Positions 55,264 to 57,084 of a stretch of DNA of 57,084 nt are shown here, piece after piece (the stretch's first letter is position 1; the number at the start of each line of letters is the position of its first letter). Source of the DNA: a virus (taxonomy: Duplodnaviria > Caudoviricetes); IMG/VR virus record IMGVR_UViG_3300032240_001400, positions 1-57,084 of that record. One strand, 5' to 3'. The position numbers and the translations under genes are program-made. The notes under the pieces are model-generated. The model had not been told where the DNA came from. It saw only the letters and a list, made by a program, of their open reading frames with translations, and did no database searches.

Positions 55264-57084
55264 ATGGCAAACGAATTTAAAGTCAAAAATGGTCTCATAG
55301 TAGACCAAGGCGGAGCAAACGTAACAGGGTCATCCGCGATCTCAGGATCTTTAGCTATTTTAGCTTCAGGATCTAGTGTATTCACTGTAGACGGAACATC
55401 TGGCCGTCTTTTCTCAGTAGATGATTCTTTATCCGGATCCTTATTCTCAGTAAATACTGTAGCTGGTCTTCCGATCATCGAAGCATTTTCTGACAATACA
55501 GTTCGTATTGGGCAGTTTGGTAGGCAGGTATTATTTATCTCTCAATCTAAAGTTGGAGTAGGAAAAGAGTCTAATTTAAATGGTATTTTAGATGTATCTG
55601 GTAGTGTCACTATAACTGGATCATTAAACGTATCTTCTGGCATCACAGGATCATTATTTGGAACATCAAGTTGGGCAGCTAGTTCTTCTTATAATTTAAC
55701 ATCTTCATTAGCCCAAACAGCATCTTATGCGGCCACAGCTTCATATTTTATAACATCATCAGTAACTAGTGCAAGTTTTGCAACCACATCATCACTTCCA
55801 CTTCAAGGTGTTGTTAGTGCAACAGTAAACTCTTCTACTATTACTTTTACAAAAGGTGATGGTACAACGTTTCCTATAACAGTAGCTCAAGGAGTCGCAA
55901 CTTCTACAGCCGCGGTAACAATGAACAATACCCAAACTGGTGTTTGGTATCCTACATTTGTTATCTCAGGTTCTAGTAGTCAATCACTATATGTAAATAG
56001 TTCTAGCTTTTCATATAATGCTAATACAAATACATTAAGTGCTACTGCTTCTTATGTGGCCACAGCTTCATTTGTAACTGGCTCTATTTACACAGCAGGT
56101 AACTTAGCTCTAAGTGCATCATATGCACTAACAGCTTCTTATGTAGCAAATGCTTCATCATTTCCATATACTGGGTCTGCTAGAATTACAGGAAGTTTAG
56201 ATGTTGTAGGGACTGTTACTGTAACTGGTAGTTTAAATGTAACTGGATCACAAACGTTTATTGGTAATTCAACAAATGTTGGTTCAGTTACTCAAACAGG
56301 ATCATTATTAGTTTCAGGATCAACTATTCAAATAGGTAATAATACTTTAACTGGAAATACTCAATTAACAGGTAGTTTCAAAGTATCAGGAAGTGAAACA
56401 ATAACAGGATATCTTCAATTTAATCCTGTATCAACAAATTTAGATACCACAGTATCAGCCTCTTACATTTATGTAAGTGGATCTACAAACGATTTATACT
56501 TTGCGCAAAATGGATCAGGATATACTAACAACGTCCGTCTTCGTTGGATAGAAGGTAATTTATATACAGGTCTATTATCAGGAGGTGTTTTAAGCTCAAC
56601 CCCAGGTTCAACAACATTTAACTTATCTTCAGGTTCAGGCATTATAGTAACATTAAATGCTAGTACAGGAAGTGCTAATCCTTTTCCAACAGTACAATAT
56701 ATCAATTGGGATAATTTCACAAACCAACCAATTATAAATTCAGGATCAGCTAAAATTACTTATATTAGTGTAACTTCTGCTGGAGCTATTAATCAACAAA
56801 TAGTTCCAATTGGTAGTACTGATGTTAATCAATGGGATACTCAAATTGAAATAGGAGTTGTATTACACTTATCAGGTAGTGTGTCTACTGGGGTTTATAA
56901 TGCTCCTCAATTAGGATATGGAATTTCTCAACGTAATGATGATTTTGTAAGAGCTTTTGGACCATTAAAAATATCAGGCCATACATTACAAGCTAGTGGT
57001 AGTTCACCAACATTAAGTATTAAAAAATCAAGCGGTACTGCTTACAATAATGGATCTAACTATGTTAATAATCCAAATCATCCA
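55264..57084 (+). CDS. second tail fibre protein, 3' partial (not in ORF track)
   Basis: MANEFKVKNGL...; appears open to the window end; TASY and ITGSL repeats. Confidence 0.85.
   Translation, partial: MANEFKVKNGLIVDQGGANVTGSSAISGSLAILASGSSVFTVDGTSGRLFSVDDSLSGSLFSVNTVAGLPIIEAFSDNTVRIGQFGRQVLFISQSKVGVGKESNLNGILDVSGSVTITGSLNVSSGITGSLFGTSSWAASSSYNLTSSLAQTASYAATASYFITSSVTSASFATTSSLPLQGVVSATVNSSTITFTKGDGTTFPITVAQGVATSTAAVTMNNTQTGVWYPTFVISGSSSQSLYVNSSSFSYNANTNTLSATASYVATASFVTGSIYTAGNLALSASYALTASYVANASSFPYTGSARITGSLDVVGTVTVTGSLNVTGSQTFIGNSTNVGSVTQTGSLLVSGSTIQIGNNTLTGNTQLTGSFKVSGSETITGYLQFNPVSTNLDTTVSASYIYVSGSTNDLYFAQNGSGYTNNVRLRWIEGNLYTGLLSGGVLSSTPGSTTFNLSSGSGIIVTLNASTGSANPFPTVQYINWDNFTNQPIINSGSAKITYISVTSAGAINQQIVPIGSTDVNQWDTQIEIGVVLHLSGSVSTGVYNAPQLGYGISQRNDDFVRAFGPLKISGHTLQASGSSPTLSIKKSSGTAYNNGSNYVNNPNHP

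Noticed and set aside
1468-56720. Antisense or out-of-frame ORFs in the track (e.g. 1468-1719, 4761-5045, 9228-9515, 10558-10875, 44216-44692, 55203-55496, 56469-56720)
   Set aside because: They overlap better-supported genes and lack motifs; treated as shadow ORFs.
1-57084. CRISPR array, tRNA or rRNA genes
   Set aside because: No regular repeat-spacer pattern or cloverleaf with T-loop consensus seen by eye; intergenic gaps are short. tRNAscan-SE would confirm.
1-57084. Stop-codon reassignment
   Set aside because: Core genes are full length in the standard code, and TAA, TAG and TGA all end plausible genes.

Overview
A 57-kb segment of a large, AT-rich, T4-like tailed dsDNA phage. Baseplate gp6/gp25-like genes imply a contractile tail. 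A Bacteroidota host is inferred from A-rich translation starts without Shine-Dalgarno sequences and TAnnTT-type promoter boxes. Layout: early hypothetical genes including HTH, DUF932, DUF1737 and T5orf172 (1-5040); a minus-strand baseplate block with a gp55-like sigma factor, HD hydrolase and glutaredoxin-like gene (6261-24162); primase and exonuclease (24516-26236); a ~9-kb array of modular charged proteins with enzyme domains (26251-34901); terminase, portal, protease, scaffold and major capsid (35571-45865); PhoH, neck genes, tail fibres and three LamG paralogs (45955-end). The best candidate for an undescribed system is a set of late genes whose products carry short N-terminal leaders and (L/I)xE prohead-protease-like sites between domains. 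This suggests capsid-packaged, processed and injected cargo (kinase, nucleotidyltransferase, peptidase-HAD fusion, ferritin-like protein, restriction-like nuclease). A 13-copy ATATTTAT motif (probable late promoter) and a bipartite probable early promoter are also visible. All family calls come from motif recognition by eye; no searches were run.
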